A DNA stretch of 64,000 bases from Nemertoderma westbladi (taxonomy: Eukaryota > Animalia > Xenacoelomorpha): assembly GCA_032718475.1 (NCBI GenBank), contig JAUCBJ010008198.1:60151-124150 (forward strand). The letters are read 5' to 3'. Positions 1 to 12,800 of the stretch are shown one piece after another. A program made the position numbers and the translations under genes. Below the pieces are notes generated by a model. It did no database searches. It saw nothing but the letters and a program-made list of their open reading frames with translations, and was not told the origin of the DNA. Position 1 is the first letter of the stretch. Each line of letters opens with the position of its first letter.

Positions 1-875
1 TGGGATCCAATAACGCAGCAACATTCTTTAGCCTTAGGAAGGCCTACATAATGTATAAAGCACACCAGCAATGGGTAAGTAGGTGGAGTCACTGAGAAAA
101 CATTAAAAATACATAAATATATTTTTAGGAACACTTTCCTACCAATACAATACTGCTGTACTGCGATAAGCCTACAATTTTAAATTAGTGTAAACTACAA
201 ATTTTTGCACAGTTAGGTAGGGTTAGCTCGCCAAATTCCGGACAAAATCTTACATTTTAGACTTGTACGCCAACATAGATTAATTTATTCCTTAATTTAT
301 CAGTTTTTCTATACATTGGGCTATCGCTGATTGCAATGAACACTATGTTGTTAACACCCAGTTTCGACAAATGTTCGAAACTGGGTGTTTATTTTTCGAA
401 GTCGAGTTGTCCGGAATTTGAACACCCTTGGGTAATTCCGTACATTTGGGTAATTCTGGACATGTAATGATGGGCTATAGGTAACTTTTGTACAGTCTCC
501 TATTTTGAAATTTTGTTTGCATATAAGTGTTGGCCTGTTGGGCAACCCTGTTGCTGTGCCTTTGATATTGATAGAAATTATAGATTATGTTTTTTTAAGT
601 TTCTTACCGGTATGTAACTTATAAACTTAATAATATTAATTTATAATATTGTGTTATCATACTGTACTGTAGTTCAAGCCTGTAGTTGACGACGTACAGT
701 AGTGGGTTGTCGGGGGTCGCTGCCCCTTATTTCCTTTACCCACACCACACCATTCACTTAACCTGGCTGATGCAACTGTCACTAAACCCCCCTGTGACAA
801 AAAATATGAAGACGATCGGAAAGTCTAAATAAAGTGTTGAGACAATTATTATTACTCATCCATTCAATACGCCCT

Positions 876-1618
876 ACTAATATGATAATTATAACTCATA
901 ACGAATTATTAAGGCAAATTATATTAGGCAAACTCATACATTCAATAAGCCAAACTAATATGATAATTATAACTCATAACGAATTATTACGGCAAATTAT
1001 ATTAGGCAAACTCATACATTCAATAAGCCAAACTAATATGATAATTATAACTCATAACGAATTATTAAGGCAAATTATATTAGGCAAACTCATACATTCA
1101 ATAAGCCAAACTAATATGATAATTATAACTCATAACGAATTATTACGGCAAATTATATTAGGCAAACTCATACATTCAATAAGCCAAACTAATATGATAA
1201 TTATAACTCATAACGAATTATTAAGGCAAATTATATTAGGCAAACTCATACATTCAATAAGCCAAACTAATATGATAATTATAACTCATAACGAATTATT
1301 ACGGCAAATTATATTAGGCAAACTCATACATTCAATAAGCCAAACTAATATGATAATTATAACTCATAACGAATTATTACGGCAAATTATATTAGGCAAA
1401 CTCATACATTCAATAAGCCAAACTAATATGATAATTATAACTCATAACGAATTATTAAGGCAAATTATATTAGGCAAACTCATACATTCAATAAGCCAAA
1501 CTAATATGATAATTATAACTCATAACGAATTATTACGGCAAATTATATTAGGCAAACTCATACATTCAATAAGCCAAACTAATATGATAATTATAACTCA
1601 TAACGAATTATTACGGCA
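876..1618. repeat. 78-bp tandem repeat (~9.5 copies) inside the pogo-like element
   Basis: Unit AATATGATAATTATAACTCATAACGAATTATTA(A/C)GGCAAATTATATTAGGCAAACTCATACATTCAATAAGCCAAACT; it explains the 311-aa ORF. Confidence 0.95.
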
Positions 1619-1671
1619 ATTAACAATTGAAAATTACATTTATGTTTTTGATATTACCAAAAGTGCAAAAG

Positions 1672-2946
1672 CTAGTCAGTTTCGCAAACTACACATGGTG
1701 CTGATATATCATCAACACAATCCTCATGGTACCAGCGATCGCATTTATCGCATGCAATCCACTGAATAGGATCCTCATCATCAATGTCTGTACTTTCTCC
1801 AGGTGGTTCCATCTCTTTGCAAAAATAACAAATATTTGGATTTATGTTTGCCGTTAAAGCCACGTTCTTTTTGGTTTTACCATTTCCAGTACCACTTTTT
1901 TTGTGCTTTTTCTTTTCTTCCCGGGCTTCAGATTCTTTAAGGAGGCGTGCAAGGCTCTCCTCACTGGTTAAAACTTCCCCGTGTTCCTTTTGAACTCGAG
2001 TACGTTTTCTTTTCGCATTTTCTAATGCGAATTTCGTCTCTTTTGATATTGCTGGTCGTAGTACTCTTGTTATTGCATGTCGCATAGCCGAATTCGGCGA
2101 TAGACCTTCGTTGCGCTTGCTGCTGGTAGGAGTTTGAACTTGAATATATGTCATCGGTGGTTCTTGTCGTAAAGGCGATGTTATTGGTTGATAATCCAAA
2201 TGGTCATCACTTTGATTAGGCCTATCCAATAACACTATCTCTTGCAGTGAAAGCGAAGTCATTGGATCAGATCCTGAAGAGACAGCACATTCGGTATCAT
2301 TAAGTATTTCAAGTTCCTCTATGTCGCATATACTGCCTGTACTTGTAGCAATCGGTGTAGAAGTGGTCGGCATGGAAACGGATTCGGAGTCAGGTGTATT
2401 AGAGACTGTATGCCTAGTGGGGGTTGATTCTTCAATTATTGGTTCCAATTCCAAGTCAATTTTGCCTTTTGGAATTGCGTCACGATTCACCGGGTATAAT
2501 CCACACTTGCGAAATCCACTTATAATATGATCTGGCTTTGCGAGAAATGCTCGATTAAATAGTTGATTTAATAATGTGGGAAATATTTGTTTCTTAACTG
2601 TAGATTGACGACTCTCCCTGTAGAAGTTTCCCAGAATCTTGATTGAATCTTGACGCAGATACTAAATATCTCTCAGAATCAGCGGATATCACTGGTGGGG
2701 AGGGGACCCCCTTCCAAAATGTTTCTCACGTCCCTTCTTCATTGGGCGCTTCAAAGAACCCTTGAAATCGTTACGTAGCCACTGGCTAATGGTGCTTTTT
2801 GGCACCTTAAACTCTTTTGAAATATCTCGTATCGACCTGCGCTCCCGCTGCCCAAGACTTTTGGAATCCTTGTATGCCTTTATAGCGGCCATCAAGTCTG
2901 CCTCTGAGTATTTATTGATAGTTTTTCGCTTATAGTTGAGAACCAT
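1672..2946 (-). pseudogene. pogo-type transposase remnant: N-terminal psq/CENP-B-like HTH plus C-terminal region with PHD finger; DDE core missing
   Basis: ORF 2689-2946 (MVLNYKRK..YSEADLMAAI..SIRDISKEFKVPKSTI) is a psq-type HTH. 2640 down to 1672 reads ..FPTLLNQLFNRAF..IISGFRKCGLYPVN.. and ends in CYFC..WIACDKCDRWYHEDC (PHD). There is no room for the catalytic domain between the two parts. Confidence 0.8.
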
Positions 2947-3822
2947 TATTACCGGTTAATATGTCATAAGAAATAACACCATAGCATATAATAATATAAG
3001 TAGGCTTATAGGTAAGGTGGGCCTAATCTAATACTACAAAAAACAGCAGTTTACTATTAAAATACTGAAATATGTAATGGAGTACTGGTTTTGCAGTAAA
3101 TGCGGTCTGTTAGGCCTATTAGCATATCTAATCTATCAACTTAACGTTAGCTTTACAGTTAGCACCAGTACCTATATATCTGCTTTGAAAAATATCAATA
3201 TTGTCCGGAATTTGAATATGAAACGTAATAGGAAACATAGTAATTGTCCATAATTTGAACACCCTGTCCGGAATTGCCTGGTGGCCGGAATTTGGCTAGT
3301 TAACCCTATGCAATCAATTTAATCTGTTAATTTCAAACAATTTACTTCGTAACGTACTAGACAGCTAGATGTAACGTGATTAAATTCTGTAGTTATTTTA
3401 TCTTACATAAACATTAAGGGCATTACTGCAGTAGCCAGTAGGACAGTTTCATAAGTCCTGTGAGCCTGTCCCTATACAGCTATAGGGCTGTAGGGGGTAG
3501 GCAAACCGGTAAAGAAAATTTGATTTTGTACTATTGTATTTGAATTTCCCTCTCCCTTTACGAATGAACCTTCCCCAAACCCCAAAATAACAATACATTT
3601 TTAATCTAAATTAATTTTTAATTTACAGTATAATTTTCTTTCATCAAGCCTACATTTCATTCATTTATTTATTTTAAAATGTTATATTCTTTTTCTTTCA
3701 TTCATTTATGCTGGTATCAATCTTACAAATAGGGGGTGGGTCTATCGAATCAACGCAATTACCAAACGATAAATTTGTTTAAATTTAACTAATTAGCAAA
3801 GAATGTTTTAATTATAACTAAG

Positions 3823-4921
3823 GCAAACATAATGAAGAAAGGGAGCGGGGTGACTTTAGACGCAAACATAATGAAGAAAGGGAGCGGGGTGACTTTAGAC
3901 GCAAACATAATGAAGAAAGGGAGCGGGGTGACTTTAGACGCAAACATAATGAAGAAAGGGAGCGGGGTGACTTTAGACGCAAACATAATGAAGAAAGGGA
4001 GCGGGGTGACTTTAGACGCAAACATAATGAAGAAAGGGAGCGGGGTGACTTTAGACGCAAACATAATGAAGAAAGGGAGCGGGGTGACTTTAGACGCAAA
4101 CATAATGAAGAAAGGGAGCGGGGTGACTTTAGACGCAAACATAATGAAGAAAGGGAGCGGGGTGACTTTAGACGCAAACATAATGAAGAAAGGGAGCGGG
4201 GTGACTTTAGACGCAAACATAATGAAGAAAGGGAGCGGGGTGACTTTAGACGCAAACATAATGAAGAAAGGGAGCGGGGTGACTTTAGACGCAAACATAA
4301 TGAAGAAAGGGAGCGGGGTGACTTTAGACGCAAACATAATGAAGAAAGGGAGCGGGGTGACTTTAGACGCAAACATAATGAAGAAAGGGAGCGGGGTGAC
4401 TTTAGACGCAAACATAATGAAGAAAGGGAGCGGGGTGACTTTAGACGCAAACATAATGAAGAAAGGGAGCGGGGTGACTTTAGACGCAAACATAATGAAG
4501 AAAGGGAGCGGGGTGACTTTAGACGCAAACATAATGAAGAAAGGGAGCGGGGTGACTTTAGACGCAAACATAATGAAGAAAGGGAGCGGGGTGACTTTAG
4601 ACGCAAACATAATGAAGAAAGGGAGCGGGGTGACTTTAGACGCAAACATAATGAAGAAAGGGAGCGGGGTGACTTTAGACGCAAACATAATGAAGAAAGG
4701 GAGCGGGGTGACTTTAGACGCAAACATAATGAAGAAAGGGAGCGGGGTGACTTTAGACGCAAACATAATGAAGAAAGGGAGCGGGGTGACTTTAGACGCA
4801 AACATAATGAAGAAAGGGAGCGGGGTGACTTTAGACGCAAACATAATGAAGAAAGGGAGCGGGGTGACTTTAGACGCAAACATAATGAAGAAAGGGAGCG
4901 GGGTGACTTTAGACGCAAACA
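3823..4921. repeat. Homogeneous 39-bp minisatellite (~28 copies)
   Basis: Unit GCAAACATAATGAAGAAAGGGAGCGGGGTGACTTTAGAC; no variants seen and no spacers. Confidence 0.97.
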
Positions 4922-5034
4922 AAATCTCTCTATCTCTCTCAGGGAAAATCGACTAAAATAATAGCTTATATGTTTTATAACCAACCGGGTCTCTACGGAG
5001 CCCCTAAAAGGTACATTTTGAAAATAGTTTATAT

Positions 5035-8000
5035 AGAGCGTACTAGACATATTTTCTAGTGCGTACTAGACACATTTTCTAGTGCGCTCTAGATACACTT
5101 TCTAGTGCGTACTAGACACATTTTCTAGTGCGCTCTAGATACACTTTCTAGTGCGTACTAGACACATTTTCTAGTGCGCTCTAGATACACTTTCTAGTGC
5201 GTACTAGATACATTTTCTAGTGCGTACTAGACACATTTTCTAGTGCGTACTAGATACATTTTCTAGTGCGTACTAGATACACTTTCTAGTGCGTACTAGA
5301 CACATTTTCTAGTGCGCTCTAGATACACTTTCTAGTGCGTACTAGACACATTTTCTAGTGCGCTCTAGATACACTTTCTAGTGCGTACTAGATACATTTT
5401 CTAGTGCGTACTAGACACATTTTCTAGTGCGTACTAGATACATTTTCTAGTGCGTACTAGATACACTTTCTAGTGCGTACTAGACACATTTTCTAGTGCG
5501 CTCTAGATACACTTTCTAGTGCGTACTAGACACATTTTCTAGTGCGCTCTAGATACACTTTCTAGTGCGTACTAGATACATTTTCTAGTGCGTACTAGAC
5601 ACATTTTCTAGTGCGTACTAGATACATTTTCTAGTGCGTACTAGATACATTTTCTAGTGCGTACTAGACACATTTTCTAGTGCGTACTAGACATATTTTC
5701 TAGTGCGTACTAGATACATTTTCTAGTGCGTACTAGACACATTTTCTAGTGCGTACTAGATACATTTTCTAGTGCGTACTAGATACATTTTCTAGTGCGT
5801 ACTAGACACATTTTCTAGTGCGTACTAGACATATTTTCTAGTGCGTACTAGATACATTTTCTAGTGCGTACTAGACACATTTTCTAGTGCGTACTAGACA
5901 TATTTTCTAGTGCGTACTAGATACACTTTCTAGTGCGTACTAGATACATTTTCTAGTGCGTACTAGACACATTTTCTAGTGCGTACTAGATACATTTTCT
6001 AGTGCGTACTAGATACATTTTCTAGTGCGTACTAGACACATTTTCTAGTGCGTACTAGACATATTTTCTAGTGCGTACTAGATACATTTTCTAGTGCGTA
6101 CTAGACACATTTTCTAGTGCGTACTAGACATATTTTCTAGTGCGTACTAGATACACTTTCTAGTGCGTACTAGATACATTTTCTAGTGCGTACTAGACAC
6201 ATTTTCTAGTGCGTACTAGATACATTTTCTAGTGCGTACTAGATACATTTTCTAGTGCGTACTAGACACATTTTCTAGTGCGTACTAGACATATTTTCTA
6301 GTGCGTACTAGATACATTTTCTAGTGCGTACTAGACACATTTTCTAGTGCGTACTAGACACATTTTCTAGTGCGTACTAGATACATTTTCTAGTGCGTAC
6401 TAGATACATTTTCTAGTGCGTACTAAATACATTTTCTAGTGCGTACTAGACACATTTTCTAGTGCGTACTAGATACATTTTCTAGTGCGTACTAGATACA
6501 TTTTCTAGTGCGTACTAGACACATTTTCTAGTGCGTACTAGACATATTTTCTAGTGCGTACTAGATACATTTTCTAGTGCGTACTAGACACATTTTCTAG
6601 TGCGTACTAGACATATTTTCTAGTGCGTACTAGATACATTTTCTAGTGCGTACTAGATACATTTTCTAGTGCGTACTAGACACATTTTCTAGTGCGTACT
6701 AGACATATTTTCTAGTGCGTACTAGATACATTTTCTAGTGCGTACTAGACACATTTTCTAGTGCGTACTAGACATATTTTCTAGTGCGTACTAGATACAT
6801 TTTCTAGTGCGCACTAGATACATTTTCTAGTGCGTACTAGATACACTTTCTAGTGCGCTCTAGATACATTTTCTAGTGCGTACTAGATACATTTTCTAGT
6901 GCGTACTAGATACATTTTCTAGTGCGTACTAGATACACTTTCTAGTGCGCTCTAGATACACTTTCTAGTGCGTACTAGATACATTTTCTAGTGCGTACTA
7001 GACACATTTTCTAGTGCGTACTAGATACATTTTCTAGTGCGTACTAGATACATTTTCTAGTGCGTACTAGACACATTTTCTAGTGCGTACTAGACATATT
7101 TTCGTAGTTTTTAGGCGTACTAGATACATTTTCTAGTGCGTACTAGACACATTTTCTAGTGCGTACTAGACACATTTTCTAGTGCGTACTAGATACACTT
7201 TCTAGTGCGTACTAGATACATTTTCTAGTGCGTACTAGACACATTTTCTAGTGCGTACTAGATACATTTTCTAGTGCGTACTAGATACATTTTCTAGTGC
7301 GTACTAGACACATTTTCTAGTGCGTACTAGACATATTTTCTAGTGCGTACTAGATACATTTTCTAGTGCGTACTAGACACATTTTCTAGTGCGTACTAGA
7401 CACATTTTCTAGTGCGTACTAGATACATTTTCTAGTGCGTACTAGATACATTTTCTAGTGCGTACTAGACACATTTTCTAGTGCGTACTAGACACATTTT
7501 CTAGTGCGTACTAGATACATTTTCTAGTGCGTACTAGATACATTTTCTAGTGCGTACTAGACACATTTTCTAGTGCGTACTAGACATATTTTCTAGTGCG
7601 CTACTAGATACATTTTCTAGTGCGTACTAGACACATTTTCTAGTGCGTACTAGATATACTTTCTAGTGCGCTCTAGATACATTTTCTAGTGCGTACTAGA
7701 CATATTTTCTAGTGCGTACTAGATACATTTTCTAGTGCGCACTAGATACATTTTCTAGTGCGTACTAGATACATTTTCTAGTGCGTACTAGATACATTTT
7801 CTAGTGCGTACTAGATACATTTTCTAGTGCGTACTAGACATATTTTCTAGTGCGTACTAGATACATTTTCTAGTGCGCACTAGACACATTTTCTAGTGCG
7901 TACTAGATACATTTTCTAGTGCGTACTAGACACATTTTCTAGTGCGTACTAGACATATTTTCTAGTGCGTACTAGATACATTTTCTAGAGCGTACTAGAT

Positions 8001-9586
8001 ACATTTTCTAGTGCGTACTAGATACATTTTCTAGTGCGTACTAGACACATTTTCTAGTGCGTACTAGATACATTTTCTAGTGCGTACTAGACACATTTTC
8101 TAGTGCGTACTAGACATATTTTCTAGTGCGTACTAGATACATTTTCTAGTGCGCACTAGATATACTTTCTAGTGCGCTCTAGATACATTTTCTAGTGCGT
8201 ACTAGACACATTTTCTAGTGCGTACTAGATATACTTTCTAGTGCGCTCTAGATACATTTTCTAGTGCGTACTAGACACATTTTCTAGTGCGTACTAGACA
8301 CATTTTCTAGTGCGCACTAGATACATTTTCTAGTGCGTACTAGACACATTTTCTAGTGCGTACTAGATACATTTTCTAGTGCGTACTAGACACATTTTCT
8401 AGTGCGTACTAGACATATTTTCTAGTGCGTACTAGATACATTTTCTAGTGCGCACTAGATACATTTTCTAGTGCGTACTAGACACATTTTCTAGTGCGTA
8501 CTAGATACATTTTCTAGTGCGTACTAGACACATTTTCTAGTGCGTACTAGACATATTTTCTAGTGCGTACTAGATACATTTTCTAGTGCGCACTAGATAT
8601 ACTTTCTAGTGCGCTCTAGATACATTTTCTAGTGCGTACTAGACACATTTTCTAGTGCGTACTAGATATACTTTCTAGTGCGCTCTAGATACATTTTCTA
8701 GTGCGTACTAGACACATTTTCTAGTGCGTACTAGACACATTTTCTAGTGCGCACTAGATACATTTTCTAGTGCGTACTAGACACATTTTCTAGTGCGTAC
8801 TAGATACATTTTCTAGTGCGTACTAGACACATTTTCTAGTGCGTACTAGACATATTTTCTAGTGCGTACTAGATACATTTTCTAGTGCGCACTAGATACA
8901 TTTTCTAGTGCGTACTAGACACATTTTCTAGTGCGTACTAGATACATTTTCTAGTGCGTACTAGACACATTTTCTAGTGCGTACTAGACATATTTTCTAG
9001 TGCGTACTAGATACATTTTCTAGTGCGCACTAGATATACTTTCTAGTGCGCTCTAGATACATTTTCTAGTGCGTACTAGACACATTTTCTAGTGCGTACT
9101 AGATATACTTTCTAGTGCGCTCTAGATACATTTTCTAGTGCGTACTAGACACATTTTCTAGTGCGTACTAGACACATTTTCTAGTGCGTACTAGACACAT
9201 TTTCTAGTGCGTACTAGACATATTTTCTAGTGCGTACTAGATACATTTTCTAGTGCGCACTAGATACACTTTCTAGTGCGCACTAGATATACTTTCTAGT
9301 GCGCTCTAGATACATTTTCTAGTGCGTACTAGACACATTTTCTAGTGCGTACTAGACACATTTTCTAGTGCGTACTAGACACATTTTCTAGTGCGTACTA
9401 GACATATTTTCTAGTGCGTACTAGATACATTTTCTAGTGCGCACTAGATACACTTTCTAGTGCGCACTAGATATACTTTCTAGTGCGCTCTAGATACATT
9501 TTCTAGTGCGTACTAGACACATTTTCTAGTGCGTACTAGATACATTTTCTAGTGCGCACTAGATACACTTTCTAGTGCGCACTAGA
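5035..9586. repeat. 23-bp palindromic satellite, block 1 (~198 units)
   Basis: Unit CTAGTGCG(T/C)ACTAGA(T/C)ACATTTT; the variant TCTAGTGCGCACTAGA is a perfect 16-bp palindrome. Confidence 0.97.
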
Positions 9587-9867
9587 ATTAGCAATAGCAT
9601 ATTATTATTACATAAAAGCAGTAGGCCTACAGCATACTAAACTCTGAAACCAAACAACTGAAATTCAGCACTGTCTGACTGTGTTTTGATAATACCGTTA
9701 CCTACCCACTGCTGGATTGTGGTTGGTAGCTGACCCTGGGGGTGTAGAACAGAGCCGTCTACACCCAGATATATGGTGAAGACACCAGGGCCGGTGATTC
9801 CCAACAGTACAGTAACTACCGGGTACCTTAGGCCTACCGGCACCGTACCATACTCGCATGGTTTATC

Positions 9868-12800
9868 ATGGAGAACGTTAGGAAGCTGACAACGGTGCGT
9901 CTTAAAAAGATGTTGGCCGCACACCACGTCTCCACAATGGGAAGTCGCAGCGAACTACTAATCCGTGCTGAGCGCGTAATGCGCAGTGTCTCAAGGCACA
10001 CTGAGAGGAGTTTAGCAATCCGGGACGAACTGGCAGACCCGAGGATGATCTGGGACGAACCCCCCGACCCGACGATGATCCGGGACGAACTTGCCAACCC
10101 GACGATGATCCGGGATGAGCCTGTCCACCCGACGATGATCCGGGACAAACCTTCTGAACCGAGGATGATCCGGGACGAACTTTCCGACCCGACGATTATC
10201 CGGGATGAGTCTGTCGACCCGACGATGATCCGGGACAAACCTTCTGAACCGAGGATGATCCGGGACGAACTTGCCAACCCGAGGATGATCCGGGACGAAC
10301 CCCCCGACCTGACGATGATCCGGGACGAACCTGTCGACCAGATGATGATCCGGGACAAACCTTCTGAACCGAGGATTATCCGGGATGTACTTGCCGACCC
10401 GACGTCGATCCGGGACGAGCCTGTCGACCCGACGATGATCCGGGACAAACCTTCTGAACCGAGGATGATCCGGGACGAACTTGCCAACCCGAGGATGATC
10501 CGGGACGAACCCCCCGACCTGACGATGATCTGGGACGAACCTGTCGACCCGACGATGATCCGGGACAAACCTTCTGAACCGAGGATGATCCGGGACGAAC
10601 TTGCCGACCCGAGGATGATCCGGGACGAACCTGCCGACCCAAGGATGATCCGGGACGAGCTTGCCAACCCGAGGATGATCCGGGACGAACCCCCCGACCC
10701 GACGATGATCTGGGACGAACCCGCCCACTCAACGATGATCCGGGAAGTACTTGCCGACCCGACAATGATCCGGGACGAACCCGCCGACCCGACAACGATC
10801 CGGAACGAACCTGCCGACCCGAGGATGATCCGGGATGAACCCCCCGACCCGACGATGATCCGGAACGAACCTGCCGACCCGAGGATGATCCGGGATGAAC
10901 CCGCCGGCCCGAGGATGATCCGGGACGAACCTTCCAATCCGAGGACGATCCGGGATGAACCCGCCGTCCCAAGGATGATCCAGGATGAACCTTCCAATCC
11001 GAGGATGATCCGGGATGAACCCACCATCCCGACGATGATCCGGAACGAACCTGCCGACCCGAGGATGAACCGGGACGAACCCGCCGGCCCGAGGATGATC
11101 CGGGACGAACCTTCCAATCCGAGGACGATCCGGGATGAACCCGCCGTCCCAAGGATGATCCAGGATGAACCTTCCAATCCGAGGATGATCCGGGATGAAC
11201 CCGCCATCCCGAGGATGATCCGGGACGAACCTCCTGAACCGAGGATGATTTGGGACGAACCTGCCGACCCGAAGTTGATCCCCGACGAACCCGCTGACCC
11301 TAGGATGATCCGGGACGAACCCGCCAACCCGAGGATGATCCGTAACAGGGCCAATGCATCGATGGGGATGCGGCAACCACAGGCGGACGTTATCGACATA
11401 ACGCCAACCCCAACCTTTCCACAGCTCCCGGGATGGGTAGGCCCGGGTATCCATACAGCCCATGACCCAGCCCGGAGAAGCTCAGAGATCGGGTATTCTC
11501 ATAACTACCAACTCCGGCCTAAACTTGACAGAAACAATGGGTTAGTTAGTTACTCATCTATAATAGGTAACATTTACAGTCCCACACATCTTATACAAAC
11601 ATCACATACCAGCACACAATTACCCCAGACAAACCCGACACCCCTGACATACCCCACACCATCACACCAGGAACTCTCACCACCATTGCCCCAATTGAAC
11701 ATCACAGAGCATCCCTCAACAAACCACCACGCCCACTTCACTGGTGTCATGGTCGAAGATCTTCATAGTGATGGCATATGGAGGCCCAGGGACGTTACAG
11801 TCAGGGATATTCCAATTTCTGTTTCGAATTCCAAGCTTTTGGACCACATGCCATGTACTGATCGAGCAGTCACTCAATCAGGGGCTTGCAGGACAGACCA
11901 ATCATATGGGGGGCATCTCCAACCAACTAGCGGCCCATCCGGCATGTCCACTCCAGAGTTGATAGACATTTCTGACAATGCATTGCTTCAGGTGACAGAC
12001 CTCAATCTACCCTCAACTGTCACAGACTCACAAGCACTAATGTCTAAAGCAAAAAGAAGTAAAATTTCTGATTTCTTCAAACCAATTACACATAAGAAGG
12101 GTGGAATAACTCCAGACCATCCAACCACCATCATTACATCGACAGAAAACTCCAATCATATGGTAATGTCAAACATTAACCGTAACAAGGATGTGGTGTA
12201 CATGGGAGAACACAAATATTCCCAAGGAGAAGTAAACAAATTTTATCCTGACACAGACTTAGAGCATGATGATGTGCGAATTAGGGATGCCATCCTCAAA
12301 ACACCAGTAATAAATAGCAAAGTGATTATTAAGCCATCAGACCCAGACTGGGACTACCTACAACCAGGATGCAAACTTTCAACTGTCATTGTGGATTCTT
12401 TTTTATCTATTTTAAATAACTCAATGGGAGATGATAGAATAGGTTGTATCGACTCAAGTCTTTGTAGCAAGTTGCATCAAGAAAGGTTCGACTATGCAAG
12501 TGCCTTGAAATATATCACATCTACCTGTAACATAAGATCTACATCACTGTGCCTCTTTCCTGACTGCTTCAATGACCACTTCGTTCTGCATATTGCTAAT
12601 CTCAGCGACCATAGTGTATATACTTTATGCAGCATCAATGCGATGACTCGACCATCAACTGTGACTCGGAGAATCTGTAAACTGCTAAACTCAATCGAAT
12701 ATGTTTCTGGAGGGGCAAAAAGTTCATGGACTGCCGTCTCCCACATCAACAATTACCCCCTTCAAAAACCTCTAAGCAAAGATTGCGGCGTATTTGCATG

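Larger units (their letters stand above)
220..3306 (-). mobile_element. pogo-like (Tc1/mariner superfamily) DNA transposon, internally deleted
   Basis: 22-bp TIRs: GGGTTAGCTCGCCAAATTCCGG at 220-241 matches the reverse complement of 3285-3306 with 2 mismatches. TA on both flanks (218-219, 3307-3308). Subterminal TGTCCGGAATTTGAA-type repeats. Transposase remnants on the minus strand. Confidence 0.85.

Noticed and set aside
834-1769. 311-aa ORF
   Set aside because: A 78-bp tandem repeat read in a stop-free frame.
3789-5050. Three 370-410-aa ORFs and a CRISPR-like regular repeat
   Set aside because: They are translations of a 39-bp tandem unit; there are no spacers and no cas genes.
7100-7120. 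Disrupted satellite unit TTCGTAGTTTTTAGGCG
   Set aside because: A single irregularity, as likely a sequencing error as a biological feature.
5035-9586. Palindromic repeats as a CRISPR array
   Set aside because: The 7-bp spacers are near-constant and the context is eukaryotic; this is a satellite.
9834-11463. Antisense ORFs over the ORF1 repeats
   Set aside because: Shadows of the 30-bp coding repeat.
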